From assembly GCA_016188775.1 (NCBI GenBank), contig JACPHC010000003.1, forward strand, positions 344-64,343: 64,000 bases of DNA, written 5' to 3'. Under the pieces are notes generated by a model that was not told the DNA's origin, made no database searches, and was given only the letters and a program-made list of their open reading frames with translations. This document shows, piece by piece, positions 17,243 through 26,449 of the stretch (the stretch's first letter is position 1; each line of letters opens with the position of its first letter). This stretch comes from Parcubacteria group bacterium. Its GTDB lineage: Bacteria; Patescibacteriota; Minisyncoccia; JACPHC01. Made by a program: the position numbers and the translations under genes.

Positions 17243-17262
17243 AATGTTTCACGTGAAACATT
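17243..17262. repeat. 20-bp palindrome AATGTTTCACGTGAAACATT (copy 3, intergenic)
   Basis: Identical to copy 1. Confidence 0.8.
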
Positions 17263-17314
17263 TTCTATATTTATATTAAAATTTTAATGTTTAAATTTTG
17301 GCTTTATTAAGCTA

Positions 17315-17370
17315 AATGTCCGATAAATTGTCCAATAGAATGTCCTGTATTTTGTCCAATAATGTCCAAT
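17315..17370. promoter_or_regulatory. Five direct repeats of (A)TGTCC(A/G)ATA upstream of the nucleotidyltransferase gene
   Basis: ATGTCCGATAAAT, TGTCCAATAGA, ATGTCCTGTAT, TGTCCAATAA, TGTCCAATAAA. Confidence 0.4.
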
Positions 17371-17376
17371 AAAAAA

Positions 17377-18066
17377 TTATTTACCCAAACTTCTTCTTCT
17401 TTTTTTGTATTCTTCTATTGTCAGCTGAAAATCTTCAGGAGAGAATTCCGGCCATAGTTTCTCGCTAAAATAAAGCTGGGAATCACTAATTAACCACATC
17501 ATAAATCCGGAACTTAAATGAGGCTCTTTTCCGGTTCTTATTAAAAGATCCACTTCAGGCAAAAAACCGGTCGCCAGACTACTTTTTATATTTTCAAGAG
17601 TTATTTTTTCTTTTTCGGATTTTATTATTTTCTCCATTCCTTGTTTCATTTCTTCTTTGCCGTCATAAGCTATTAAAAAAGTTAAAAAACGTTTATTGTA
17701 ATTTTTGGTTTTTTCAATAATTTTTTCAAATAATTCGACGAGATTTTTCGGCAATAGATTTTTCCATTCTCCGATAATGTTAATTTGAATTTTGTTTTGA
17801 TTTATTTTTTTACTATTTAAAAACTTTTTAAAATAAAGAGAATAAAGACGAAAAAGGAAATTTATTTCCGTTTTATCTCTTTTGACAATATTGTCTTTTG
17901 AAGAGGCCCAAAATGTTAGATATTTTATATCGAATTTTAAAGCTTGGTCGATAATTTTTTCCAAATTTTTGGCGCCGACTCTGTGGCCAAACCACGGCTT
18001 TAACCCTCGTTTTTGAGCCCACCGGCGATTGCCGTCGGGAATTATAGCGATATGATTCGGCTGCAT
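17377..18066 (-). CDS. uppS: Undecaprenyl diphosphate synthase (isoprenyl transferase)
   Basis: HIAIIPDGNRRWA motif near the N-terminus. Confidence 0.9.
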   Translation of the reverse strand: MQPNHIAIIPDGNRRWAQKRGLKPWFGHRVGAKNLEKIIDQALKFDIKYLTFWASSKDNIVKRDKTEINFLFRLYSLYFKKFLNSKKINQNKIQINIIGEWKNLLPKNLVELFEKIIEKTKNYNKRFLTFLIAYDGKEEMKQGMEKIIKSEKEKITLENIKSSLATGFLPEVDLLIRTGKEPHLSSGFMMWLISDSQLYFSEKLWPEFSPEDFQLTIEEYKKRRRSLGK

Positions 18067-18307
18067 TTATTCAAAGTAACAAAAAGTTTTGAAAAATAAA
18101 AGCGTTTTTAGTTTTTTGCGATTTTGTTAAATCTAATTTTGTGTTTTAAAATAAGTAAATTTTTATTAAAGAAATTTGGTGGACTTCGTATGCGTGATTT
18201 GAAACCAGATTATAAGCGAAATGCTTAGCTGGCAACCTCTTGCACGACAATTTAAAGCTTTGTAGTATAGACATAGAATAAATTACGACAGACGCGAAAG
18301 GAGGTGA

Positions 18308-18517
18308 ATGGTTATGAATATGGACGAGATTCGTAAGGTGTTTAAGGAAAACGATCTTCGTCATTACGAAGTTCTTTCAAAAAAAAGAAAAATCGTGTTC
18401 ACATTTGATAATGACCATACACTAACAATTGAAGTTGATGGTCATCCAGGAATTCATTATGAATGGGACGAGAGCGTTATTGTTAAGATTGATGGAAAGC
18501 GAATAGCGAGCATATAA
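18308..18517 (+). CDS. Small hypothetical protein (69 aa)
   Basis: Strong Shine-Dalgarno AAAGGAGGTG 8 nt upstream, and an intrinsic terminator immediately downstream. Confidence 0.5.
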   Translation: MVMNMDEIRKVFKENDLRHYEVLSKKRKIVFTFDNDHTLTIEVDGHPGIHYEWDESVIVKIDGKRIASI

Positions 18518-19211
18518 TTTTTCCCTCCCCCTCCTCCGAGGGGGTTTTTATTACATACATACGTAGACACAAAAAGATTAATAATACGGCGGTGGACCTA
18601 GGGAGAATCGAACTCCCGCCTCCACAATGCGAATGTGGCGTCATGCCACTAGACCATAGGCCCATTCTTGATTCCACTCTAAAATAAAAAAGCCAATCTC
18701 GCAAGATTGGCTTTTTAAAAATTAAAGGAAAGTTTAACGGTATTCCTTTTTGTTTTCTTTCCAGTAATTTCTTTTCTTCATCATTTATTGAATCTTGAAT
18801 TTTAAGCAACTCTTTTTCTACCTGATTCATAGTCTGTTCCGCGTCTTTAGTCCACGCAATAATTACTTTTTCGTTATTTTTCCGCTGTTTATTAAGCATT
18901 TGTTTTATTTCTGGCGCCGGGCCATTAATTCGGTTGAGTTCTATCAGCATGGCTTCTAAACTGTTAAGCCATTCATTCAATTTTGGCCGTAATTTTGAAT
19001 TGGGCGGCACCAATATTCGAAGATGCATTACGGGCCCGGCTGTTGCTCTGAATTGTTCCATAATCGCGTCTAATCTTTGTAGAGCTTGATCGCCCTTAAT
19101 AAAAATTTCGCGATCCATTAGCTTATTATTTTCGTAGATAAAAATACCCCAAATTGTGATTATGAAACCAATAATGATCGAAATTCTCAAAAACAAGATT
19201 CCCTTTTGCAT
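18483..19211 (-). CDS. LemA-like membrane protein. The real product is probably shorter; the reported frame reads through tRNA-Ala without a stop.
   Basis: N-terminal TM helix, ALQRLDAIMEQF and a ...NFPLIFKKP C-terminal pattern resembling the LemA family. The portion overlapping the tRNA at 18593-18663 is unlikely to be coding. Confidence 0.4.
   Translation of the reverse strand: MQKGILFLRISIIIGFIITIWGIFIYENNKLMDREIFIKGDQALQRLDAIMEQFRATAGPVMHLRILVPPNSKLRPKLNEWLNSLEAMLIELNRINGPAPEIKQMLNKQRKNNEKVIIAWTKDAEQTMNQVEKELLKIQDSINDEEKKLLERKQKGIPLNFPLIFKKPILRDWLFYFRVESRMGLWSSGMTPHSHCGGGSSILPRSTAVLLIFLCLRMYVIKTPSEEGEGKIICSLFAFHQS
18528..18550 (+). terminator. Rho-independent terminator
   Basis: CCCCCTC-CTCC-GAGGGGG followed by TTTTT. 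Confidence 0.7.
18593..18663 (-). tRNA. tRNA-Ala (anticodon CGC) with the G3:U70 identity pair
   Basis: Reverse complement gives GGGCCTA ... anticodon stem CCACA/TGTGG with loop TTCGCAT ... GAGTTCGATTCTC ... TAGGTCC-A. Confidence 0.75.
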
Positions 19212-19293
19212 TTTTTCTCCTTATCCGCCATGCTGGCTTTTAGAAGTTATTATTTTTAAATAACTTTTTTTATGGTATCAGTTATTTAAATTA

Positions 19294-19325
19294 AGTCAAA
19301 AAAACAATCCCGCCATGGCGGGATT
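19294..19325 (-). terminator. Hairpin terminator for the ClpP-like gene (overlaps its stop codon)
   Basis: AATCCCGCC-AT-GGCGGGATT, followed on the minus strand by a T-run. Confidence 0.6.
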
Positions 19326-19854
19326 AAATAATCTCATCGATTATTCCTAGTTTTAAGGCTTCTTCGGCATTGAGACATTTTTTAAGTAAACATAATTCAC
19401 GTATTTCGTTTGTTGATCTTCCACTTCTATTGGCAATTATTTCATAATATCTATTTTGATATTTTTCTAATCTGTCATAATTTTCTTTAAGATATTTTTC
19501 AATCTCATTCCATTCTTTATCTATATCTAACTTAATGTTGTGGAAATAGAAACTTGCGTTGGCCATCGCTTTTCTTACTCGACAAGCTTGAAGCACGATT
19601 ATTGCCATTGAATTAGCTCTTCTATAAACAATACCTGTGATTGGCGCTTCGGAGAGGCGGATAATATCATGCATATCAAATCCCGCGTCTATGCCACCGC
19701 CATCACTGTCTATTATTACTTTTATTTCATCATAATTTTTTGCGTTTAAACGAGTAATTATTTTACCTATTTCATCCGCTATTAAATTATCCATACTTTC
19801 TAAATAAATAACCCGTTTTTTTAGAAGATCTCTTTTAAATTTGCGTTCTCTCAC
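19324..19854 (-). CDS. ClpP-family (S14) serine peptidase paralogue, 176 aa
   Basis: IDSDGGGIDAGFDMHDII ... RRANSMAIIV (Ser) ... FYFHN (His) aligns with the ClpP core motifs. Distinct from the canonical clpP at 26484..27074. Confidence 0.55.
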   Translation of the reverse strand: MRERKFKRDLLKKRVIYLESMDNLIADEIGKIITRLNAKNYDEIKVIIDSDGGGIDAGFDMHDIIRLSEAPITGIVYRRANSMAIIVLQACRVRKAMANASFYFHNIKLDIDKEWNEIEKYLKENYDRLEKYQNRYYEIIANRSGRSTNEIRELCLLKKCLNAEEALKLGIIDEII

Positions 19855-19990
19855 TCGTTATTTCACCTCCTTTCCGTTTTTATGTTAAAATTAAAGAACT
19901 GCTTATTAATTTAATGATGTCATATATTAATATATTTGTCAAATAAAATAAAAGGTCTGCAAGTTTATAATATTAAATTTTAATCAATAT

Positions 19991-20152
19991 ATGCGAGAAA
20001 AATTTGGACAACCGCAAAATCACGAAGAATTAAAAAAAAGAAAAGAAATTGAAATTGATACGGAAACGGGTCTGATGATGACAGAAGAAGAAAAAGAAGA
20101 AAAGAAAAAAGCGGGACGAGAAGGAACAGAAATTTGGCGGGAGCAAAAGTAG
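19991..20152 (+). CDS. Small Glu/Lys-rich ORF (53 aa); not in the ORF track because it is under 60 aa
   Basis: ATG to TAG frame, followed by a perfect palindromic terminator at 20161-20186. Confidence 0.25.
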   Translation: MREKFGQPQNHEELKKRKEIEIDTETGLMMTEEEKEEKKKAGREGTEIWREQK

Positions 20153-20160
20153 AAATAAAT

Positions 20161-20186
20161 CAAGGGCTATCATATGATAGCCCTTG
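20161..20186. terminator. Perfect palindromic bidirectional terminator
   Basis: CAAGGGCTATC-ATAT-GATAGCCCTTG, then TCTTTAGATTTTTT. Confidence 0.65.
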
Positions 20187-20190
20187 CTCT

Positions 20191-20622
20191 TTAGATTTTT
20201 TGACATTTCGCGCAAATAAGGAGATGCTCTTTTACTTCGTTTATTTCTTTTTCGGCTTGATTTTTTTCCTCCTCGGAAAAATCAATCAGGTCAAGCCGTC
20301 TTGGATTTTTTATAAAATCCAAGTTTTTTTTCACTTTCTGTCGCATCGGACAAGGTTCCTCCCACATCTCTTGCATTTCTTTATCTTGCCGGGCCATTAT
20401 TCCTCGGCAGGTATTACAACTGTTAATATGGTTTTTCTGCTCCTCAATTTCTCGGAGCAGTTCCTCCTTTTCTTTAGAAGAAAGGGATAACATTTGAATT
20501 TTTATGGGGTTGGAAATAAATGGTCCCAACCTATCTAATTTTTTTGCTTCCGGGCAAACCTGATACTTATCGAACATTTTTTCCTCCAATTGGAAATTTA
20601 AAATTGTTAAAATATCAATCAT
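20191..20622 (-). CDS. Hypothetical protein with two CxxC pairs (zinc-ribbon-like)
   Basis: CNTC ... and CAKC motifs. Confidence 0.45.
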   Translation of the reverse strand: MIDILTILNFQLEEKMFDKYQVCPEAKKLDRLGPFISNPIKIQMLSLSSKEKEELLREIEEQKNHINSCNTCRGIMARQDKEMQEMWEEPCPMRQKVKKNLDFIKNPRRLDLIDFSEEEKNQAEKEINEVKEHLLICAKCQKI

Positions 20623-20748
20623 TATCTTAAAATCAAGAATAGCATAGAAATTTTACTCTGTCAATCTTTTGAGCTTGACATTTTTATAAATAATGCTATA
20701 CTTATTTTAGTTAGGCAAATTTCTTTAACAATAAAAAAAGGAGATAAA

Positions 20749-20982
20749 ATGTTATCAGTCAGAATTTTAAGAGGAATGAGTAATTTATGTATTTTTTTGG
20801 CCGGTTTGATGACGGGAATATTCATTTCTGTTTATCAAATCGGAATTTTGACTAGAGGCGGAGAACTGTATGATCTGAATGCTATATATCTACTGCCCTG
20901 GTTTTATTATATCATTGCGGTTGTTGTTGCAATCGCTTTAACCGGTCTATTGCGTATGGCAGCGCGGGAAATGGAATCTTAA
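20749..20982 (+). CDS. Small membrane protein (two transmembrane helices)
   Basis: RBS AAAAAGGAGAT and a hydrophobic profile. Confidence 0.45.
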   Translation: MLSVRILRGMSNLCIFLAGLMTGIFISVYQIGILTRGGELYDLNAIYLLPWFYYIIAVVVAIALTGLLRMAAREMES

Positions 20983-21031
20983 TTTAAATAAAAAAAGAGT
21001 GGACAAAAATGTCTGCTCTTTTTTAAACCTT

Positions 21032-22621
21032 TTAAATTTTAATTCCAAACAATTTAATCAAACTTTTGCCGGTCATTTCTTTCGGTACCCCAAGCCCTAA
21101 AAGATCCAAAATAGTCGGGCCGATATCTGAAAGAAAACCAAGCGTCTGGCTTTTTTCCAACTCTATTTCCGTTACGGTTTTTACGGCTTTATACGGCGGG
21201 ACAATTAAATAAAAAGGAATGGGATTCATAGTGTGTTCGGTGCTGATTTCGCCGGTTTTTTCGTTAATTTTCATCTCGGCGTTGCCATGATCCGCGCTGA
21301 TAAGAAGAGCCGATTTTTCCATTGATAAAATTTTTTTTAATATTTTTCCCAAGACCATATCTACCGCTTCCAGTGCTTTAACGGTGGCTTGATAATTGCC
21401 CGTGTGGCCAATCATATCGGCGTTGGCAAAATTGGCTAAAATAAAGTCGTATTTTTTATCAATCGCTTCCAGTATTTTGTCGCCGATTTCCAGGGCGCGC
21501 ATTTCCGGTTTGTCTTCAAAATGTTCAATCGGCTGGGAAGGAATTAAAACGCGATCTTCGCCGGGAAAAGATTTTTCTTCAAAAGCGTTGAAAAAATAAG
21601 TGACATGAGCGTATTTTTCCGTCTCGGCGATTCTGATTTGCTTGAGTCCGGCGCCGGAGATAACTTTTCCAACCGGATTTTTTATCTCAATCGGCTCAAA
21701 AGCAATTTTGACCGGCAAACTCTCTTCGTATTTTGTCATAGTCGCGAAATATAAATCTTTAATCAATTCGCGATCAAACCCTTTAAATTCCGGCAAAACA
21801 AAAGCTTTGGTGAACTGGCGAACACTGTCTTCGCGAAAATTGAAAAAAATCACCGCGTCGTTGTTTTTAATTTTACCGACCGGCTCGGAGTTTTCCAAAA
21901 CAATGGCCGGTTTAATTGATTCGTCGTAGATGCCGTTATCATAGGAATGCTGAATATATTCCAAAGGGTTTTCAATAAAAGTTCCTTCCTGGCCGGTTAA
22001 AGCAAAATAAGCGGCTTTTGTCCGATCCCAATTTTGATCCCGATCCATAGCCCAAAATCTACCCATAATAGTGGCGATTTTCCCTTGTTTTAAAATATTG
22101 ATCCGTTCAGTGAAATTTTTGACCAGAGTTAGGCCTAATTTAGGCGAGGAATCTTTGCCATCGGTAAAAATATGAATTTTGACGCGATGGGAAATATTGT
22201 TTTGAGCCGCCATCTCCAGCAAAGCGTAAAGATGGTCAATATAACTATGGACTGAACCGGAGGAAAAAAGCCCCATCAAATGAAGATCGGATTTTTTTTC
22301 TTTAACATGGTTAATAGCTCCCAGCAACGCTTCATTTTTAAAAAACGAGCCGTCGCGGATGGAAAAAATAATCCGCGGCATGTATTGGTAAATGATTCGG
22401 CCCGAACCCATTGACGAGTGACCGACTTCGGAATTGCCGGGTTCGGACCAAGGCAAACCAACCGCCAATCCGGAAGCTTGAAGGGTGGTCAGCAGCCAGT
22501 TTTTTTCTATTTCGGCAATAGTCGGCAGATTGGCTTCATTAAATGGATTGCCTTTTTGAGGCGAGCCGATTCCCCAGCCGTCAAGAAATAAGTGCCCCCG
22601 AGAGGATTTGAACCTCTAACA
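21032..22621 (-). CDS. gpmI: 2,3-bisphosphoglycerate-independent phosphoglycerate mutase
   Basis: GNSEVGHSSMGSGRIIYQ and related iPGM motifs. The conserved N-terminal LFLDGWG lies upstream of the track start at 22468, in the same frame; the only in-frame TTG is at 22621. Confidence 0.8.
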
Positions 22622-22664
22622 ACAGGTCCGAAGCCTGTCGTGATATCCGTTTCACCACAGGGGC
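22593..22664 (-). tRNA. tRNA-Arg (anticodon TCG)
   Basis: Reverse complement gives GCCCCTG-TG-GTGA ... TCAC, anticodon stem ACAGG/CCTGT with loop CTTCGGA, T stem AGAGG/CCTCT, acceptor CGGGGGC-A. Confidence 0.75.
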
Positions 22665-23042
22665 AAAAGTTTATTGCGTGATATTTTTCAATCATTTTAT
22701 CTTAAATTTTTAAATTTTGCCAGTAATTTTCACAAGAATTTTTGATAAACATCGATAAACTAAAAATTTAGCACTTACTTGCTATCGCTTTTAAATACTT
22801 ATTATGTTATTTTACAAACAAAAAAAATAAATCCATTTTCATGTCCGTTTCCATCTCGTAACATCGCTAATGAATCGATTCATTGGTAAAAGTATTTAAA
22901 TTAAATTGCAAAAAAGCTTTCAGTCTTGATAAAATAAAGCATCCGCGCCGCAAGCGGCGCGGCATGGTGATAATGCTTTGTTATGAAAAGTTCTCGCTCG
23001 GCTCGACCGACTCGCCTCGCTCGATTCAAACTCGCTTCGCTC

Positions 23043-23083
23043 GCCGCCTTCATCCTCGTAGCAAAGCTACGAGGATGAAGGCG
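23043..23083 (+). promoter_or_regulatory. GC-rich perfect 19-bp-stem hairpin 14 nt upstream of the cca start
   Basis: CCGCCTTCATCCTCGTAGC-AAA-GCTACGAGGATGAAGGCGG. Confidence 0.45.
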
Positions 23084-23096
23084 GACACATAATAAT

Positions 23097-24551
23097 ATGG
23101 CAATGAAAATCCCTCAAGGAGTGGAAAATATAATTAAAATATTAGAAAAAGCCGAATTTGAGGCCTATCTTGTCGGCGGCTGCGTTCGGGATATTTTGAA
23201 CGGCATAGAGCCAAAAGACTGGGATATTGCTACTTCAGCCAAACCCGATCAAGTACAAAAATTATTTCCTGATAACGTTTACGAAAATCAATTTGGCACG
23301 GTTGGCGTAAAAACCGATTCGGAAAATTTAAATTTGCGGCTGATCGAAGTGACGACTTTTCGAGTTGAAGGAAAATACAGCGATAAACGTCATCCGGACG
23401 AAATTAAATTCGCTAAAACGATTGAAGAAGATTTGGCTCGGCGGGATTTTACGATTAACGCCATTGCCGCCTCCTCGAACTTAAAATTAATTGATCCTTT
23501 TTCCGGCCAAGCAGATTTAAAAAATAAAATTATCAAGGCGGTTGGCGACCCGAAAGAAAGATTTAACGAAGACGCGCTCCGAATGATGCGGGCGGTTCGT
23601 TTCGCCGCCGTTCTTAATTTTAAAATAGAAGAAAAAACGCGGGAAGCGATTAAAAAAAATTCCAATTTGCTTCAGATTATCGCCAAAGAAAGAATCCGCG
23701 ATGAACTGATTAAAATTATTGAATCGGCGAGAGCGAAAGAGGGATTAGAACTTTTATCCGATCTGCGTTTGCTGAAATTTGTTTTGCCTGAATTGGAAGA
23801 AGGAATTAATGTCGGCCAAAATAAGCACCATGTTTATACCGTTTGGGAGCATAATTTAAGAGCTTTGGATTACGCGGCGAAACAAAATTACGGGCTTGAG
23901 ACGCGATTCGCTTCTTTGCTGCACGATGTTGGAAAACCGCAATCCAAAAGAGGCGAAGGTCCGGATTCCACTTTTTACGGCCATGAGATGATCGGCGCTA
24001 AAATGGCGACTCGGATTTTGGAGCGGCTTAAATTTTCCAAAAAGCAAATTGAAAAAATATCGCTTTTGATTCGCTATCACCTTTTTTATTATAATGTGGA
24101 CGAAGTGACCGAAGCTTCAGTCAGACGACTTTTAGGAAAAGTCGGACCAGAAAACGTGGAGGATTTGATAAACGTGCGTAAAGCGGATCGAATCGGCTCC
24201 GGCGTGCCCAAAGCCGAACCTTTTAAGCTGCGCCATTTGCGCTATGTCATTGAAAAAGTTTCTCGAGATCCGTTATCCGTCAAAATGCTTTTGGTTAAAG
24301 GCGAAGATGTGATGAAAACATTAAACATCGGGCCCGGGCCAATAATCGGTTTTATTCTTAATATCTTATTGGGCGAGGCCCTTGACGATCCGGCTTTAAA
24401 CAGGCAGGATTATTTGACGCATCGCATTGAAGAATTAGGCGGAAAGTCTGACGCCGAATTAAAGAAAATGGCGAAAGAGGCGGAAAAAGAACGAGAGGAA
24501 GTTCAATTTAAAATAGAAGAGACGAGCAAACAGAGATATTGGGTGACGTAA
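23097..24551 (+). CDS. cca: CCA-adding tRNA nucleotidyltransferase with HD domain
   Basis: LVGGCVRDILNG ... DWDIAT (polymerase beta-type nucleotidyltransferase head) and HD motif LLHDVGKP. Confidence 0.85.
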   Translation: MAMKIPQGVENIIKILEKAEFEAYLVGGCVRDILNGIEPKDWDIATSAKPDQVQKLFPDNVYENQFGTVGVKTDSENLNLRLIEVTTFRVEGKYSDKRHPDEIKFAKTIEEDLARRDFTINAIAASSNLKLIDPFSGQADLKNKIIKAVGDPKERFNEDALRMMRAVRFAAVLNFKIEEKTREAIKKNSNLLQIIAKERIRDELIKIIESARAKEGLELLSDLRLLKFVLPELEEGINVGQNKHHVYTVWEHNLRALDYAAKQNYGLETRFASLLHDVGKPQSKRGEGPDSTFYGHEMIGAKMATRILERLKFSKKQIEKISLLIRYHLFYYNVDEVTEASVRRLLGKVGPENVEDLINVRKADRIGSGVPKAEPFKLRHLRYVIEKVSRDPLSVKMLLVKGEDVMKTLNIGPGPIIGFILNILLGEALDDPALNRQDYLTHRIEELGGKSDAELKKMAKEAEKEREEVQFKIEETSKQRYWVT

Positions 24552-24558
24552 TTTTTTA

Positions 24559-24591
24559 CGGGGTGTAGTATATCGGCAGTACGCACGCTTC
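24559..24591 (+). pseudogene. 5' half of a tRNA-Pro-like gene (acceptor, D arm, start of the anticodon arm)
   Basis: CGGGGTG-TA-GTAT-ATCGGCA-GTAC-G-CACGC-TTCG parallels the intact tRNA-Pro at 24655. Confidence 0.5.
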
Positions 24592-24654
24592 GCTGAAGCG
24601 CGAGCGAGGTGAGCAGTACGCGCGCTTCGGGCTTGCCCCATTAGAAATAAACAT

Positions 24655-24724
24655 CGGGCTGGAGTATGACGGCAGTACGCACGCTTCGGGTGCGTGTAGA
24701 CTGGGTTCGACTCCCAGCAGCCCG
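24655..24724 (+). tRNA. tRNA-Pro (anticodon CGG)
   Basis: CGGGCTG-GA-GTAT ... GTAC, anticodon stem CACGC/GCGTG with loop TTCGGGT, T stem CTGGG/CCCAG with loop TTCGACT, acceptor CAGCCCG-A. Confidence 0.75.
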
Positions 24725-24736
24725 AAAAATTTCTAA

Positions 24737-24781
24737 CGGGGCGAACATGAAGACTGAGTTCAATTCCCAGCACCCCGACCA
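24737..24781 (+). pseudogene. 3' half of a tRNA-Pro-like gene (variable loop, T arm, acceptor, CCA); it pairs with the 5' fragment at 24559
   Basis: ...CTGAG-TTCAATT-CCCAG-CACCCCG-A-CCA. CACCCCG is the exact complement of CGGGGTG at 24559. Confidence 0.5.
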
Positions 24782-24844
24782 TTTAAGACAAAAAAATTTA
24801 ATCTCTAAATCAGAACAATAGAACCTTGAAATTGAAGGAGGAAC

Positions 24845-25495
24845 ATGGACAATAACTGTGTTTTTTGCGACAGAACCAAGATTGGTAATCGCCTTATCGC
24901 TGAAAATAGCAGATGGTATGTGGCCGCTACGCTTGGCCAAATAATTGGTGGATATACTCTTGTAATTCCGAAAGTGCACATCTCGTGCATGGGAGCGCTT
25001 ACATCTCACCGACCTGGCAGCCAGACGGAAGCGATGCTTAAAATCGCGAAAGAAACGTGCCGCGCACTTTCGCTGGAATACCGGCACAGCAATTCGGCAA
25101 CTCCTTGTCCCGTTACAGCGTTTGAACATGGAATTATCGGACAAACAATCAAACACGCTCATCTCCATCTTTTGCCGACAGCGATTGACTTAACACAAAA
25201 GATACGCGCGGACTTTCCCGAATCCGAGTTTGAAGAGCTTCAGTATGCGGCGCGCTTGCAAGAACTTTACAGCAAGCGCCCGGAGCCATATCTTTTCTGG
25301 ACGACCCCTAACGGTAAATCGATGGTGTGTTGGAATCCGCCAGCGCCATCTCAATATCTGCGTATTATTATAGCTGAAATACTTGGTTATCCAGAACGCG
25401 GGAACTGGCGCAATATGGATCCTGAATTGGACAAAAAACTTTGGCAGGAAACAGTTAATCGTCTTAGGCCTTATTTTAAAAGGAGGGAAATTTAA
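24845..25495 (+). CDS. HIT-family (histidine triad) protein
   Basis: KHAHLHLLP histidine-triad motif. Local GC is higher than in neighbouring genes. Confidence 0.65.
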   Translation: MDNNCVFCDRTKIGNRLIAENSRWYVAATLGQIIGGYTLVIPKVHISCMGALTSHRPGSQTEAMLKIAKETCRALSLEYRHSNSATPCPVTAFEHGIIGQTIKHAHLHLLPTAIDLTQKIRADFPESEFEELQYAARLQELYSKRPEPYLFWTTPNGKSMVCWNPPAPSQYLRIIIAEILGYPERGNWRNMDPELDKKLWQETVNRLRPYFKRREI

Positions 25496-25721
25496 TGAAA
25501 ATTCTTGAAAGACCAATTGCTATTAACGGCGCAATGACCGCCTACGAAATCTATAAACGATTAGTAAGCGGTTAGTTCTGCAGAGACGAGAAAATTCTCG
25601 TCTCTTTTCTTTTTCGAAAAACTAAAAAATTTGACAAAATTTAAAATAATAGCTAATATATTTTAAATGGTTTTAGCTCTTTGATTTAAATTATAAATTA
25701 AAAAATAAAGGGGGGGGTAAA

Positions 25722-25910
25722 ATGAAGTTAGTGTATCGATGCGGCCAGGATGTTATGGATCACGAAACTTATATTCAAAGACTCGAGGATAATCTCAAGT
25801 ACGCGCTTTATCTAATAGACAAATATTACGTTCCTGAATACGAATCAAGACAAATTCGAGAAATGGTAAAATGTATTCATAATTCTCGTTATGAAAATCA
25901 TGAAAGATAA
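25722..25910 (+). CDS. Hypothetical small protein
   Basis: Strong RBS AAGGGGGGGGT upstream. Confidence 0.4.
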   Translation: MKLVYRCGQDVMDHETYIQRLEDNLKYALYLIDKYYVPEYESRQIREMVKCIHNSRYENHER

Positions 25911-25935
25911 TAACCAAAAAAGGAGGAAATGAATT

Positions 25936-26394
25936 ATGCTAAGAAGGGGGAGAAATGGATTATATCGGACGTATGAAAAACTAGCTAAAGCTGTACCGCA
26001 GCCATTTGTTATTGATGATATTATAATAGAAGTTAAAGAGTATAATTCGGATTTAGCCGATACCCATCCAAATTTAGCTAATAATATTCAAAGCTGGATT
26101 TCGAGTCAGGTAAGAATCGGAAAAATATTTAAACTGCCACAAAATGGAGGCCGATGCAAAAAATACTCATTCGATCCGGCGGATGCTGCTGCGATAACAA
26201 AAAATAAAACAAATGAAATGGAGGCGAAAAAAGAAATGCCTCCAGAAAAAGAAAATCCACCTCTCGAGAAATCATCGTTACGCGATCTCGTAAGATTTGA
26301 GGTCATTATACCCGCTAACGCCCGGCGTATGACCGTCGACGTGGGCGGAGTTGAATATGACATCGTAAAGCGTCAAGAAAATGACGAATTATAA
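25936..26394 (+). CDS. Hypothetical protein
   Basis: RBS AAAAAGGAGGAAAT, with a terminator downstream. Confidence 0.45.
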   Translation: MLRRGRNGLYRTYEKLAKAVPQPFVIDDIIIEVKEYNSDLADTHPNLANNIQSWISSQVRIGKIFKLPQNGGRCKKYSFDPADAAAITKNKTNEMEAKKEMPPEKENPPLEKSSLRDLVRFEVIIPANARRMTVDVGGVEYDIVKRQENDEL

Positions 26395-26414
26395 ATCTTG
26401 AATGCTTTATATTC

Positions 26415-26449
26415 GCAACAGGTTTAACCGGTTGCGTTTTTTTATACTT
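26415..26449 (+). terminator. Rho-independent terminator
   Basis: GCAACAGGTTTAACCGGTTGC followed by GTTTTTTT. Confidence 0.6.

Noticed and set aside
22507-22695. 62-aa minus-strand ORF
   Set aside because: It overlaps tRNA-Arg(TCG) and the true gpmI 5' end in another frame.
24459-25168. Minus-strand ORFs 24459..24782 and 24641..25168
   Set aside because: They run through the tRNA-Pro and fragment region and antisense to the HIT gene. They are Arg-rich GC-driven artefacts.
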